A stretch of DNA of 61,939 nt, filler included, from Nemertoderma westbladi (GCA_032718475.1; 3 parts of 3 records of this genome joined end to end with filler, not necessarily neighbours in it), one strand, 5' to 3'. Numbered from the whole stretch's first letter, positions 24,901-35,506 are shown. Notes: a model not told the origin generated them from the sequence alone. Program-made: numbers and translations.

Positions 24901-25102
24901 TTCTCAAGGAGAAGATAGCGGGAAAGACACTGAGAGATCTTATTATGTCAATAAAATGCCTAAAGATCAGGTAAGTAAATTCAAGTCTCGAGCAAATGAC
25001 AGGAGAGAACAGGTAAGAAAAACTCCTCCCACGTCTCCCAAGAGAATTCCGGTGAGAAAGCCCGAAAGAAAAGGCAAGTGTACACAATGTGACTCAAAAT
25101 AA
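21944..25102 (+). CDS. BEL/Pao Gag (long N-terminal extension, Ala/Glu/Lys coiled coil, DUF1759-like capsid region)
   Basis: 1052-aa ORF. KFNGDEMKWLPF...LSNGEKLRYLIECLEGSP...WDTLNIRYG is the typical BEL gag motif. Confidence 0.85.
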   Translation: MSDTKQNLSDSLLDVTICDSGRDVELSSRKFSSPPTVRKVIPPVVITEPRLVQHRRSIIGTRAQVKRDQEAAEQQQPASQEFISQRPDSSSSEDTVELTPEHGAKMTDAVYTDPLLILPAAVLTRLLIAVEEHQIDWARSQRSTRDSYAGYTREELKSMVESQWNFPGPGLPFDVSEAAWEDIHRMGVAKETIDPAVWKRSAAGYAHGFFSSMERVKGQLFQQPQGPQEQGQLLYQVRERILRIRLILSAFEEASKRRQDTSLQVAVKTWFQRVSLQVQGTAQWKAQLEECSTHGESTDATFSQVESEATAEKPHKRDAIDIYLSDYQRFLGGDELRRRLEGLSPNSEGTKLVLDAIDVEMRAANQAKFDEQLRLTRVQEQQVKKKRIEDRKKAAVVAAEAERKAAAAEAAAEAKAAEAERKAAAAAERKAAEAVAEAERRAAEETIQLELENIQENQDCINKQLTASNMQMMNRSTPKRQGYTSSEEGDTTDTEGKGNRSRLSRRKRTFHRQKLPDLPPAVRRQLNNTNLGSTEPTDQIIKIERLPTIVDEPEIIRPVLEITPSVIDTPVLPETTSKFPLHSTKLPVPRRTAQETVQVLDPERNIPDLSPVVPRPLATTLATPASAVEWVDERRRGMDLLLGQMQETVQQFKGTVRESRLELQEVQQSIALERDKLVNTQRGIPPPSVTMCQPVRSEVSHAQGVEPTRIYTASEVETPIVNPIKGNYRPVDNDIPYRTDHNPRNLYTDNSILNNTMAQESFTRQMARTEARQAVKVGEIVKFNGDEMKWLPFNEYYKDNIQNSVLSNGEKLRYLIECLEGSPKLMALKFIGHPDGLRQVWDTLNIRYGNRNNIAGYLYAKLRAPRKFISSGIIEFSDEIQEICRQLDWLGKSQEYQNAMVIRAVASTLPKGGVGTRWDKKVLYMMEQQRRDPTMADLMSFLDGEVKLQLLKLSREKTPENKVSEKPVSRRKVTPVCYTDDGESQTSQGEDSGKDTERSYYVNKMPKDQVSKFKSRANDRREQVRKTPPTSPKRIPVRKPERKGKCTQCDSK

Positions 25103-26540
25103 GGTAAGTAACATCAAACCGAAATGTGCGCTGTGTGACGGGACCCACCGTTTGAATATGTGTGATGAATTCCTGAAGAAGTCATTAACGGAGAGACGCG
25201 AAGTCATGTGGGATAAGCGGTTATGTTATAATTGCCTCAGACAAGGACACCAACGGCGTACCTGTTTCTCTGACATAAGGTGTGCAAAGTGTGGTGCGAA
25301 ACATCATATCTTGTTGCACGCTGAATTCGAGCGAAATAGTCCGAATCAGGTAAGTGATTCCGAGCTACATGTCCAATTCAGTGATGTGAACGACACTGAT
25401 CAATCTGAGATGGAAGGATTCTATACGGACGAGTTCTCCGACGAAAACGAATCCTGTTACATGATAAATACCGCAGTGTATCGAGCACTCACCTATGAAA
25501 AGGATACAGACAACGACTTCACTCTAACTACTTCTGAGCGACAACCATCTTGGAAAGAGCCATCTTCCAATATAGGGATCCGAGAGTTTCCTGTGGTGCA
25601 AGTAAGGGTTCACGGACCTAAGAGGAGTTATGTAGTGAACGCCCTCCTTGACTCCGGTAGTACAGGAACATTCATCGACAAAGAGCTAGCCGAAGATATA
25701 TTTGCTGGACAACCCAAGTTCCAAACTAAGCTCAACATGTCCGGCATTATGCAAGTTTGGAAATCTACAATAACAGCGGATTATTATGTAGGAGCGTTGT
25801 CCACCCCCCAGGACGAACTAGGAGAACATAGCATAAGGTCAGTGAAAATGGTGGCTATAAAGAACTTCGCTACTACTCAAGCAGACCTTTATAATTGGGA
25901 CGAGGATGAGAGCATCCAACATCTTAACATACCTCGATTCCAGACTGATTATCCTGGAGTGCAAATACTCATCGGCCAAAATGCGCATGAGGCGCTGGAG
26001 ACATTAGAGAAACGGCCTGCTCAACCGCAGCCACTACAGACCTATGCGGTAAGAACTAGAGTAGGTTGGTACTTTACTGGCCCTTCCCGTAGAACACTCA
26101 GAGAAAGACTACCGCAAGAGCGCGTCTACCAGGTGAGTGAATGGGAAGATGATACTAGTGAGGGAGACGATTTAACTGAGGGAACCCCATACTCCTCAGA
26201 TAACGACGACGTGCACCAGCTTTTTGATGAGGAGAATACCATCGATCTCCTTAAGGAAAGCGAGGCTTGGCAAAACCAAGTTAACTTATGTCAACTTCTC
26301 TATCCATCTGAACGAGAAGCTTATAACGACGAGTTAAATGACGTCATTGAGCGTTGCAATGCCAAGACTCGAGATGAACATGCTGTACGATTCTTTACGC
26401 AAGAGGCGGTAGAGCCTAATTCCTACGATAAAGCCTTATCGGTGGAAGAGGAAAGGGCCAAGCAGATCCAAGAGACAACTACACGTTTCCTCAAAGATCA
26501 AGGCAGGTATGAAGTCGGTTTACCTTTTCGCAAGAGAGAA
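25089..26540 (+). CDS. BEL/Pao zinc knuckles plus aspartic protease (gag-pol continuation in another frame, runs into the gap)
   Basis: Zinc knuckles CALCDGTHRLNMC, CYNCLRQGHQRRTC and CAKCGAKHHILLH. Protease ALLDSGS, ILIGQN and TRVGWYFTGP. The pre-RT motif GRYEVGLPF lies at the end. Confidence 0.9.
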
Positions 26541-26640
26541 NNNNNNNNNNNNNNNNNNNNNNNNNNNNNNNNNNNNNNNNNNNNTTAATTAATTAANNNN
26601 NNNNNNNNNNNNNNNNNNNNNNNNNNNNNNNNNNNNNNNN
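26541..26640. other. Artificial contig linker (N run - TTAATTAATTAA - N run)
   Basis: 100-nt block; the central 12-mer gives stops in all six frames. Same structure as 37389-37488. Confidence 0.95.
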
Positions 26641-26641
26641 A

Positions 26642-27176
26642 TGTAATAAACGTCTGTCTGTCTGTTAGCGAATTCAATTCCGCTAACCACCCCATAAAGT
26701 TGGACAAGCAGGGCCTTTAAGCAATATTGGGGAGTACGAGGTTGATTGCCAATCGACCTCGTATCACCCCAATAAACGGGGACAACAAACCCCAAAGGGC
26801 CACACACACAACGGGGGTCAGAGGTTACACCTCTGGGAGAGGGAAAGTGACAGTGGAGGGGGAAGACACTCCCAGAGAGATGGGAGGGCGAGAATTAGGT
26901 TATTAGCCAATGGGGGGCAGGCATCCACTGAGTAATACGGCCAAATCAGTACAGTATATTACCCTTTGATACTTGCCATTTCATTTAGTCAACTTAGTCA
27001 GTTCAGTTAGGGCAGGACGGTAACCTTTATTACCGTCGTTGCCGCCACCACCATCAATATTTTACCGGTCAACTGATCATCAACTGTGCTATCTGTCAAC
27101 TTACTTATCTTATTCGATACTATATTTTATATTCATTAACAACGTTGGAACGATAACGATATAATGAACTCTTTCA
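26642..27176 (+). repeat. Putative 5' LTR followed by a PBS-like sequence
   Basis: TGTAA...TTTCA termini and a CCAAT box at ~26907. Followed by c-TGGCGGTGGGGA (27178), which resembles a tRNA-Leu PBS. It does not match the downstream LTR candidate. Confidence 0.5.
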
Positions 27177-28284
27177 CTGGCGGTGGGGACGCGTAAATAA
27201 ACAAACCACACCGGTCGGGATTCCCGGATCCCGTCACAGTAATAAAGTTCCAAGTGCCTGAGCTGACTGCTAAAGTAATAAACTGACTGCCAGAGTAATA
27301 AAGCCAACCACTGACGAGTAAAGTTAAAGATCAGAGAGAATAAAGAGAGGGCCGGGAGGGTCGCGAGAGAGTTTAAGGAGTGTGAAGAAATAGGAAGGAG
27401 GGAAAGGAAGGAACAAGAAGAGCGTGAGGCGGCGAGAGAGGCGAGAGGGGAGAAAGCGGAGAGTGCATGTAAAGAGCGTGAGGCGAGAGCGGAGAGTGAA
27501 CGTAAAGAGCGTGAGGCGAGAGAGGATAAAGAATGTAAAGAGCGTGGGGCGAGAGAGGAGAATGAGCGAAGAGAGCGCGAGGCGAGACGACATGAGAGAG
27601 TTACGAGAGGGGCGGAATTGGCCGAGCAGAGCTCACGAGAGGACAGGGAGAGAGAGATAATGGGAAAACGTGTGCGGGATGACATGCACGCCCGGTTGAG
27701 GGGACTTATGCAGTACCAGGCAAAACAGAAGCGCTGACTGGAACTGGCGCAGATGGGGCTGTCAGAGAGCGAGGCTGGCTCGAGTAGTGTTTACGAGGAG
27801 CCAGGAGCTGTGGAAACATTTATTAATACCCCACTTACAGGGTCCGGACGACAGACCCAAGACTGGTGTGACCGTACGGGCGGGGGGGGGGGGGGGGGGT
27901 AATAATAATAATACAGTAGAGAACGTTAATATTAATAGTACCATAGTGGATAACCCTAATCAAACTTTTATTGCAGCAAATAATAATTTATCCGGTGATT
28001 GTAATTTAAATTTAAATATAAATAATTCAAATAATAACCCTAATATAAATGTACAAAGTAGTCCGGATAATTTAAATTTAAATCTAAACCCGAATATACA
28101 AAATAATTCAAATAATATAATTACGCAAAATAATTCAAATAATATAATTACGCAAAATAATTCAAATAATTTAAATTTAAATACACAAAATAATTTAAAT
28201 AATAATCCCGTTTCTAATTTAGGTGTAAAAAATAATTTAATTGATTTAGAGGACAATATTGGTAATGGTGCTATTAATATAAAC

Positions 28285-28500
28285 GTGGCGGAGGTGCGTG
28301 GCCCGGCAAATGAGAGCCTGGTAGGCCATGTAGTTAGTAGGCAGGAGGTGGCGGGGGTGAGAAACCCCAATGAGGGCCTGGTAGGCCACGTAGTTAGTAG
28401 GCAGGAGGTGGCAGGGGTGAGAAACCCCAATGAGGGCCTGGTAGGCCACGTAGTTAGTAGGCAGGAAGTAACGGGGGTGAGAAACCCCAATGAGGGCCCC
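28285..28500 (+). repeat. 60-bp coding tandem repeat (~3.5 copies; NEGLVGHVVSRQEVAGVRNP)
   Basis: gtaggcca(c/t)gtagttagtaggcagga recurs at 28321, 28381 and 28441. Confidence 0.9.
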
Positions 28501-29364
28501 AATTAGGTGAACCGCAGCACCCGGCGATGGAGAATAGTAGGGGGATTACGAGTATCCCCAGCGATGTGCGATCGAGCAGAGAGAGACAGGACGTCGAGCC
28601 CAATCAGAAGAGGGAAGAAGAACAGTGGAGTTTAACCGGGAGGTCGATGAGAGATCTCACGAGCGGGGATACTGCACTGCAGAGAGAAGAAGGAAAGAGA
28701 GTAGAAGAAGTGTCGTCGCGAACGACAGGAGAGCGAGGATGGATAGCAAGCCGTCAGTAGTAGAGATGGAGACGGAGAGTCAGTGGGGTCGAACTCTGGG
28801 AGATTGCCGTCGTCCCAGGGAGATGCGACCTGACGAGGCGTATTACGCGCCGAGAGAAGGGTACAGGATGTACCGGTACGAGGACGAGAGCAGTAGAGGG
28901 GATCGAAGAGAAACTTCCCGACGGGAAACACCTGCTGATCGAGAATACGGTAGCCGTGGGGAGGATTATTCGAGAAGGTTAAACTTCGACCCCGAGCGAC
29001 ACATACAGACTGCAGGACATACTGTAGGCCTTACTGCACATACAATAGGCCATGCTGGAAGAGATAATGTAGGCGATAGGACAGCGCGGACGACGGGATT
29101 AAACCCGGAAGTTATATACCGGCAGGAAGGCCAGAAGTAGATAGCCTATACCGGTACCAGCACAGCAGTATGACTACAGCATGCAAGGACATAACATATA
29201 TCCAGGGGAGGGGAGAGTTATTGCGGATAGGTGCATGGGCCCCAACATATTAACATCAACCCCAGTATCAAACATACCGGTGGGGGGGGGGGGGGGGACA
29301 GGGTGACATTCCCCCATCACAATATCAACAATATACCCCAATAGGAATAAGAACATCGAACCCC

Positions 29365-31563
29365 TTGGACGAGAATAGATCGTGCGACACCGAAATATGG
29401 AGGGGGCCGCTACCCCCGATGATATATCCAAGCCAAAGAAAGGCAGCGAATAGGACGAACGGGCCGCACCCAACAGGAGAATCTATACAGCATCCATCGA
29501 ACCCATTGGAAGCACAAGCGATGGGAATGGCCACATTGATCGATGCATTAAAAACCAGGATCGAGTTACCACCCGTGGAACCGTTTAAATTCGATGGAAG
29601 CAGGCCGGAAGAATACCTGCAGTTTCGGCGAATGTATAGCAATGAAATACTAACGAAGAATTTGACACAAGTGGAGTGCCTAAAGTATCTGCAACTGTAT
29701 ACAGGAGGCCCAGCATACGACATCGTGAGGCAATACCAGGGCATCGACGGCGGGTTCACGACAGCATGGCGGGCACTAGACAGGGAGTACGGGCACCCGG
29801 CCAAGATCATCCGGCAGACCCTGAGAGGTATAACATCGGGTGGCCTACAGGATAACCCCGTTAGCATAAAGACATTCGCAAACAAAGTTGAGAAGGCGCT
29901 AATCGTACTAAAGACACTGGACGCACCATACGACCTCAACGCGTCTAATAACATCACCACAATAGCGCAGGCACTGCCGATGTGGTTGCGCAACAAGTAT
30001 AGGAAGATCGCTTTCTCCACTCGAGATAAGAAGGGTGTGGAACCGGGTTTAGAAGAAATGTCGAGCTTCTTAAACTATGAAGCCAAACTAATAACGGACC
30101 CAGTCTATAGCGAGGATAGCCTGGGAAAGGGACCAAAGACCAAATACCACCGGCCGAAACCAGAACATAACGCGGCGAACGCATTGCCAAAGCTCAGACA
30201 ATCACTGCCATACGCGGCGACGCAGGGGACTGCTAGTCCACATGTAGCCGGGGGTAAGACCACATCATGGAGCGGACAGGGGAAAAATAACAACACAAAT
30301 AAACATAACCCCAGCACGCCCAGTAGGCCGAACCCAAGCAATAAGAACAGTAGGGACTTTGGTACGAACGCAAGTGCGATACGCAGCGCACTGTATAAGG
30401 ACGGCTACAACCCAAAGAACAAATGCCAATTACATACAAATGCACTTCATCAGACCATGAACTGCAGGTATTGGCAAGCGCTACCCAGGGAAGATCAGGT
30501 AGAATACGCGAGGAGAAATGAAATTTGTTCTCGATGTGTGATAAGTGGACACAAAGCTAGCCAATGCAAGGAAACGCCAATCAAATTCGGTCAAAGTAAA
30601 GGGCAGATGATGGCAACAAGCACCGTAGGGGCGAAGAAAAGAGGAACGGTACTACTCGGGGTAGTACCAGTAAGGATAATCGGGGAAGGCAATCGATCAG
30701 TAACCACACTGATGCTGGTCGACAGTGGAGCAGCCTTCACATTGGTTGAGAATTGGGTGGCCGAAGAGATAGGATTGAGGACGAGGTCAAGTAGAATGGC
30801 AGTGACAACCATCTCCAGCAAAGATGAGGTCCTGGAGATGAGGACTGGACGGTGCGGGATAGCAGCGATAGCACCAGGATGCGACTACGGGGCGACCATC
30901 GACCCCGTCCAGGTGATAGAGTCGATAAATATCAACGCCAGGCGACCAACCAACATCGAGGTCGAGCAATATAAATTCCCGGACAGTATCGACTTCTCAA
31001 TCCCAGAGGTGGACGTTAGGAGGGTATCCATTATAGTAGGAATGGACTGCCCAACGGCCCACGAGAGAATGCAAACAGTCTTCGGCGAAGACAGGCAGTG
31101 TGACCCGGTGGCGATTTTAACACCATTCGGGTGGACGCTAACCGGCCCAATCAAAACCAATATACCATTCAGTGTGACCGAGACTTCAGGGTGCATGGTG
31201 CCAGGGACTGTTGAGGAGGTAGAGGAGAAACCAGAGACGGGCGATAGGGGGAGACAGCTAGAAGTGAAAGCAACACCAAAAGAGTGGGTGGAGGAGAATG
31301 GCTTGGATGCAGAAGATTTAGAGACAATGGGATGGAACAAGGATGTTCCCAGCAAGTATCGGTATGGGGATGGAGAGGAGTGGACGGCGAGATGTCCGGC
31401 GGAGTGTCCGGAGGAGTGTCCGGAGGAGTGTCCAGAGGAGTGTCTGGAAGAGACGCCGGTCCGGTTGAGAGGCATACCGAAAAGGGGGAGGTCGAGTAAG
31501 AAAAGACAAGATGGAAAGGGAGAGGATGTGAGAGGATTAGACCAGGGGCAGAGAAGCCCATGA
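29365..31563 (+). CDS. BEL/Pao Gag plus aspartic protease, ending without RT
   Basis: Gag motif ELPPVEPFKFDGSRPEEYLQF...LKYLQLYTGGPA...AWRALDREYG. Zinc knuckles CQLH...H...C and CSRCVISGHKASQC. Protease LMLVDSGA, IIVGMD and TPFGWTLTGP. The true start probably lies upstream in the broken gag. Confidence 0.88.
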   Translation: MDENRSCDTEIWRGPLPPMIYPSQRKAANRTNGPHPTGESIQHPSNPLEAQAMGMATLIDALKTRIELPPVEPFKFDGSRPEEYLQFRRMYSNEILTKNLTQVECLKYLQLYTGGPAYDIVRQYQGIDGGFTTAWRALDREYGHPAKIIRQTLRGITSGGLQDNPVSIKTFANKVEKALIVLKTLDAPYDLNASNNITTIAQALPMWLRNKYRKIAFSTRDKKGVEPGLEEMSSFLNYEAKLITDPVYSEDSLGKGPKTKYHRPKPEHNAANALPKLRQSLPYAATQGTASPHVAGGKTTSWSGQGKNNNTNKHNPSTPSRPNPSNKNSRDFGTNASAIRSALYKDGYNPKNKCQLHTNALHQTMNCRYWQALPREDQVEYARRNEICSRCVISGHKASQCKETPIKFGQSKGQMMATSTVGAKKRGTVLLGVVPVRIIGEGNRSVTTLMLVDSGAAFTLVENWVAEEIGLRTRSSRMAVTTISSKDEVLEMRTGRCGIAAIAPGCDYGATIDPVQVIESININARRPTNIEVEQYKFPDSIDFSIPEVDVRRVSIIVGMDCPTAHERMQTVFGEDRQCDPVAILTPFGWTLTGPIKTNIPFSVTETSGCMVPGTVEEVEEKPETGDRGRQLEVKATPKEWVEENGLDAEDLETMGWNKDVPSKYRYGDGEEWTARCPAECPEECPEECPEECLEETPVRLRGIPKRGRSSKKRQDGKGEDVRGLDQGQRSP

Positions 31564-32147
31564 GTAAACGTAACAAAGAAGCCAGGAAAGTAGAAGGAGG
31601 CGTGTTGCAGATGCACACGGGACTGGCAGAGTGCGAGGGGGCATTACATAGGCAAACATCATGTATACCGAAGGACGAACGGGGGTCATCGAGGCCTTTA
31701 ATGCCAGCGCACATATTAAGGGGGAGGCCAGCAGAGGTGGCATCTAAGATTAAGGATGAAAACAGGGGCGGCATTATACCGCCGAACGACAAGTTGAAGG
31801 GTGGCACTTTGCCGCCAAGGGACGACCACGAGGAGATCAGAGACATAGAGAATAGGCAGCACTTCCCAGATTTAAGGACAGGAGAGAAGGGAAGGTCAAT
31901 TCCAAGAGAGTTGGAATTGACAAGGAGAGTGGGGCGAAGAATTAGAGGTCCTACAGGGGGGGCAGTGGGAGAGCTGCCTCCTAGAGGGCACACCGTAGTG
32001 TTTAGTCGTCCAAGTTTTGGACTGAGGGGGTGGGATTGAGGGCGAGACGCCCTTCCCACACATAAATATAAAAAAAATTATAAATAAAGAAAGAGAAAGT
32101 AATAGTACGTAGTAGGTACGTAGTGAGTAAGTAGGCAGATAGAAGTT

Positions 32148-32660
32148 AGTAAGAGTTAGTAGAGTTAGAAGTTAGTAAGAGGGTACGTAGTACCGGCTAG
32201 TAAGAGTTAGTAGATTTAGAAGTTAGTAAGAGGGTACGTAGTACCGGCTAGTAAGAGTTAGTAGAGTTAGAAGTTAGTAAGAGGGTACGTAGTACCGGCT
32301 AGTAAGAGTTAGTAGAGTTAGAAGTTAGTAAGAGGGTACGTAGTACCGGCTAGTAAGAGTTAGTAGAGTTAGAAGTTAGTAAGAGGGTACGTAGTACTGG
32401 TTAGTAAGAGTTAGTGGAGTTAGAAGTTAGTAAGAGGGTACGTAGTACCGGTTAGTAAGAGTTAGTAGAGTTAGAAGTTAGTAAGAGGGTACGTAGTACC
32501 GGTTAGTAAGAGTTAGTAGAGTTAGAAGTTAGTAAGAGGGTACATAGTACCGGTTAGTAAGAGTTAATGGAGTTAGAGGTTAGTAAGAGGGTACGTAGTA
32601 CCGGTTAGTAGGAGTTAGTTAGAAGTTAGTAAGAGGGTACGATAGTACCGTTAGTAGCAA
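32148..32660 (+). repeat. 51-bp purine-rich tandem array, ~10 copies
   Basis: Unit agtaagagttagtagagttagaagttagtaagagggtacgtagtaccgg(c/t)t, with gggtacg recurring at 32181, 32232, 32283 and onward. Confidence 0.95.
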
Positions 32661-33148
32661 GAGTTAGTGGTAGGAGGGTATGTATGATATAAAATATAGT
32701 GAGAGTTAGTAGAGATTAGTTAGGAAGTTAGTAGAGGTAGTAGTGAGTAGCGAGAGGGGGGCACGTGGGTACAGTTGGATAAATCGTGTAGGCCACGCGA
32801 TGCATACTGTTGTACTGCACAAGCCCACAGAGTAGGCCAGAATGCGGATTATAGAATAGAATAATCCACTGGCGGAATACTGATAGCACAGTAGTAGGAT
32901 TAAATTAAATTAAAATAAAATTAGAAATTAGACAAATTATGGTAACAGTAGGAGAAATATTCTGGAACATAGTTAAAGTAACGGACAGAATTACGAAATT
33001 TAGTACAATTTGACAGTTTTAGAAAATTAAGTAGGAAAATTAGACGATAACTTAGAATTCTGTGAGAAGTAGGCCATTATCGGACTGTATAAACCATCCT
33101 AACTTTATCACTCATCTGTACTGCGCCTTGGCAAGGCACCCCTTACAG

Positions 33149-35112
33149 ATGAGCGATTGAGAGAGTTCGAAATGGCGGAGAAACTTGTCCGAAAGAGAAA
33201 GGCGGAGTTAGGAGGAAAGGAGATACTGGTGGATTTCACCGAGAGGCATCCCGAAGAAAAGACGAGGGGATACTACGAGCGGTTAGAGAGATCACAAAGC
33301 GCGAGCGCTACAGGACCATTTCAGGGAGGTGCACGAACAGCGGTTGGTCGGGACCTATGGGACGCCGTCGCTGGACAACGCGATCTTCGAGCACTTCCAC
33401 TACGTGGTGAAGGGAGACGAGGCGAAGTTCGGGATTCCGAATTACGCGAAGGAGCCACCGAGAAAGGATTGGAAGAGGTTCGTAGAGTCCGTCAACAGGG
33501 GAGGATACATGGTCCTAGACGATGAGGGGGCCGTGGAAGACGAGGAAGGTTCGAGAAGAGGATCGGCGGGATCGGCCAGAACCATACTCCTACATTTGGC
33601 CGCGCCAAATGGGGACATTTTCCTATTCGACCTGGGAACGTATGGGAAAAAGAATGGGCCGAAGTTGAACCGGTTGCCAAAGGCGGTGCAAACCCTAGTA
33701 AGAGAGAAGTCAACGACAAAGGTGGGATCGGCGATCCGCGACGATGCGGAGAGAAGCATCGGTCCGGACACCCCCAACCTCCTGGACATGCAGACGGTCT
33801 ACATGGCTATGACAGCACCAGACGGGTTGGGACTAGTGGACAACGCAGGCCATTGTGGAGCGGTGGCGATGGGCCAGCTAATGGGGCTCGTGTGTCACAA
33901 ACCAATGGACTGGGGTAAGTTAAGAGAGGAGTACGGAGCGGAGTTAGCAAACTAGTTGAAGTGGGGAGCGAGGCCAGGGAAACAAGAGGTGTATCAATTC
34001 CGGAGAGGAGCGATAAAGGTATATCAGAAGCAATATATCCTGCAGGAGGATTGGATAATGATAGGTTTGCTAAACCTATTCATGACCGTGGTTATTGAGA
34101 GAGAACCAACGGCATTCCTGTTATCGGGATCACCCCTGAACTACAGAAGAGCCTTCAAGACGGCTTTCGATGGTCTGGTAGACCACCCGGGGCTGAAGGG
34201 CGAGTCGGTATACTATAACTGCCGACATCTAGTAGACGGGGAGGTGAATACGCCATATCAGAGTTGGGAGCAGCTAGAGGCGGATAGACGAGAGGCGAAG
34301 CGATTGGAAGAAATCGCTAGGCGAGAAAGGAGGGAGGCAGAAGAAAGGGAGGAGGAAGCAAGAGGGGAAAGCTACGGGTTCGAGGAACAGGCGGCCTTAG
34401 ATGAACTTCATTGGACATCATCAGGGAGTTCGGGCGAGTCTCTAGGGCGAGAACTAGGGTGGACGGTGGGATCACCGAAACAGCCGACAGGGACGCTAAC
34501 GTCCAAAAGTTCGCTTACCAGCGACTCCACAGACCGCGGAGATCGCTTGGGACGAAAGACGCCGTGGGGCGGGAGACATTGGTGCTCGGCTGTGATTACT
34601 GTGGGAGGCAAACCCAACAGGAAAGGAGCTGTTTGTACCGATTCCAGAAAGGGACTAGTTGTCTCTACTGCCGCGAGTCGAGCCACAGGATGGGGGAGTG
34701 TCCACGGTTGCACAACCGGTGCTCGAAGTGCAACTTTCGGGGGCACTACGGGCGCCAGTGCGACTGGATGGACGACGAAGAGAAGTTTAGGATCTTCGAG
34801 GAGTGGGCCGACGTTGGTGCCATGACACGGCAGCGTATGAAGGCCCAGGAGTTCCGGTGGGGCTTCTTTAATATCAACCAGGAGGCCCACCTGGAGATTA
34901 TCAAACGAAGACTTCCGTTTACCTACCAGGAGGTATCAACGGCGGCGTCATATGCCGGGGTGATAAATACGCGGAGGTATTTGGACAGGTGGACGCCACA
35001 GAACCGAGGGGAGTCCCAGGGGGAAACAACAGGGCCATTCGGAGGGGCCACCCGCGAAGCGATACCGGGAGCTGATAACACCAGCGCCCAAGGAGTCGAC
35101 GATGGGGATTAG
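33149..35112 (+). pseudogene. Disrupted ORF: DEDDy (WRN/EXD/Mut-7-like) 3'-5' exonuclease, coiled coil and Cys/His zinc knuckles
   Basis: ExoI-like YMVLDDEG, then LLHLAAPNGDIFLFDL and LPKAVQTLV, ExoII-like KVGSAIRDD, then LLDMQ, and ExoIII-like QKQYILQED. C-terminal CDYC, CLYCRESSHRMGEC and CSKCNFRGHYGRQC. Reconstruction crosses a frameshift at ~33290, an in-frame TAG at 33953-33955 and a frameshift at ~34410. Confidence 0.7.
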
Positions 35113-35506
35113 TAGAGAGGTGACGGCGAGGGTCAAGAGCCTGAAGGGAGATAAGACCAAGGGAGCGGCAGCGGCCAGGAAACGACCAAGGGAGGAGGAC
35201 GACAGAGGGAAGGACTTGAGATGGTTCCCAAAGTCAGGTGGAACAAACTAGAACTTGGGTGTGGGATGCCTGGAAGGCACCACGTGAGAAGTACGAACTC
35301 CTAAGTGCAAATTTAAATAATTAAAAAGTACAATTAGTATGTACGTATGTAATAATCATTAGTTTAGTAAGCAAATATAATCAAAGTAAGTACTATAGTC
35401 ATATAACCATTTCCAATTAGCTACTGGGACCTGGGACCAATTGACTATAACAGACGGGACATTGGACGACATCACACTTCTTCAGTGCGACGGCACAGGA
35501 GGGGGG

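Larger units (their letters stand above)
18929..26540 (+). mobile_element. BEL/Pao LTR retrotransposon, 5' part, truncated by the contig end
   Basis: Gag, zinc knuckle and protease coding region of BEL type, preceded by a ~3-kb non-coding leader. The candidate 5' LTR tgttatg...aaaagaca (~18929-19713) is unverified because no 3' LTR is present. Confidence 0.75.

Noticed and set aside
26541-26640. Joining the BEL gag-pol of contig 1 to the BEL sequence of contig 2 as one element
   Set aside because: The junction is an artificial linker, and contig 2 has its own separate gag and protease. Adjacency across either linker is not evidence of linkage.
27110-27685. 191-aa Ser/Leu/Arg-rich minus-strand ORF
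   Set aside because: Antisense shadow of the plus-strand E/R coiled-coil gag remnant.
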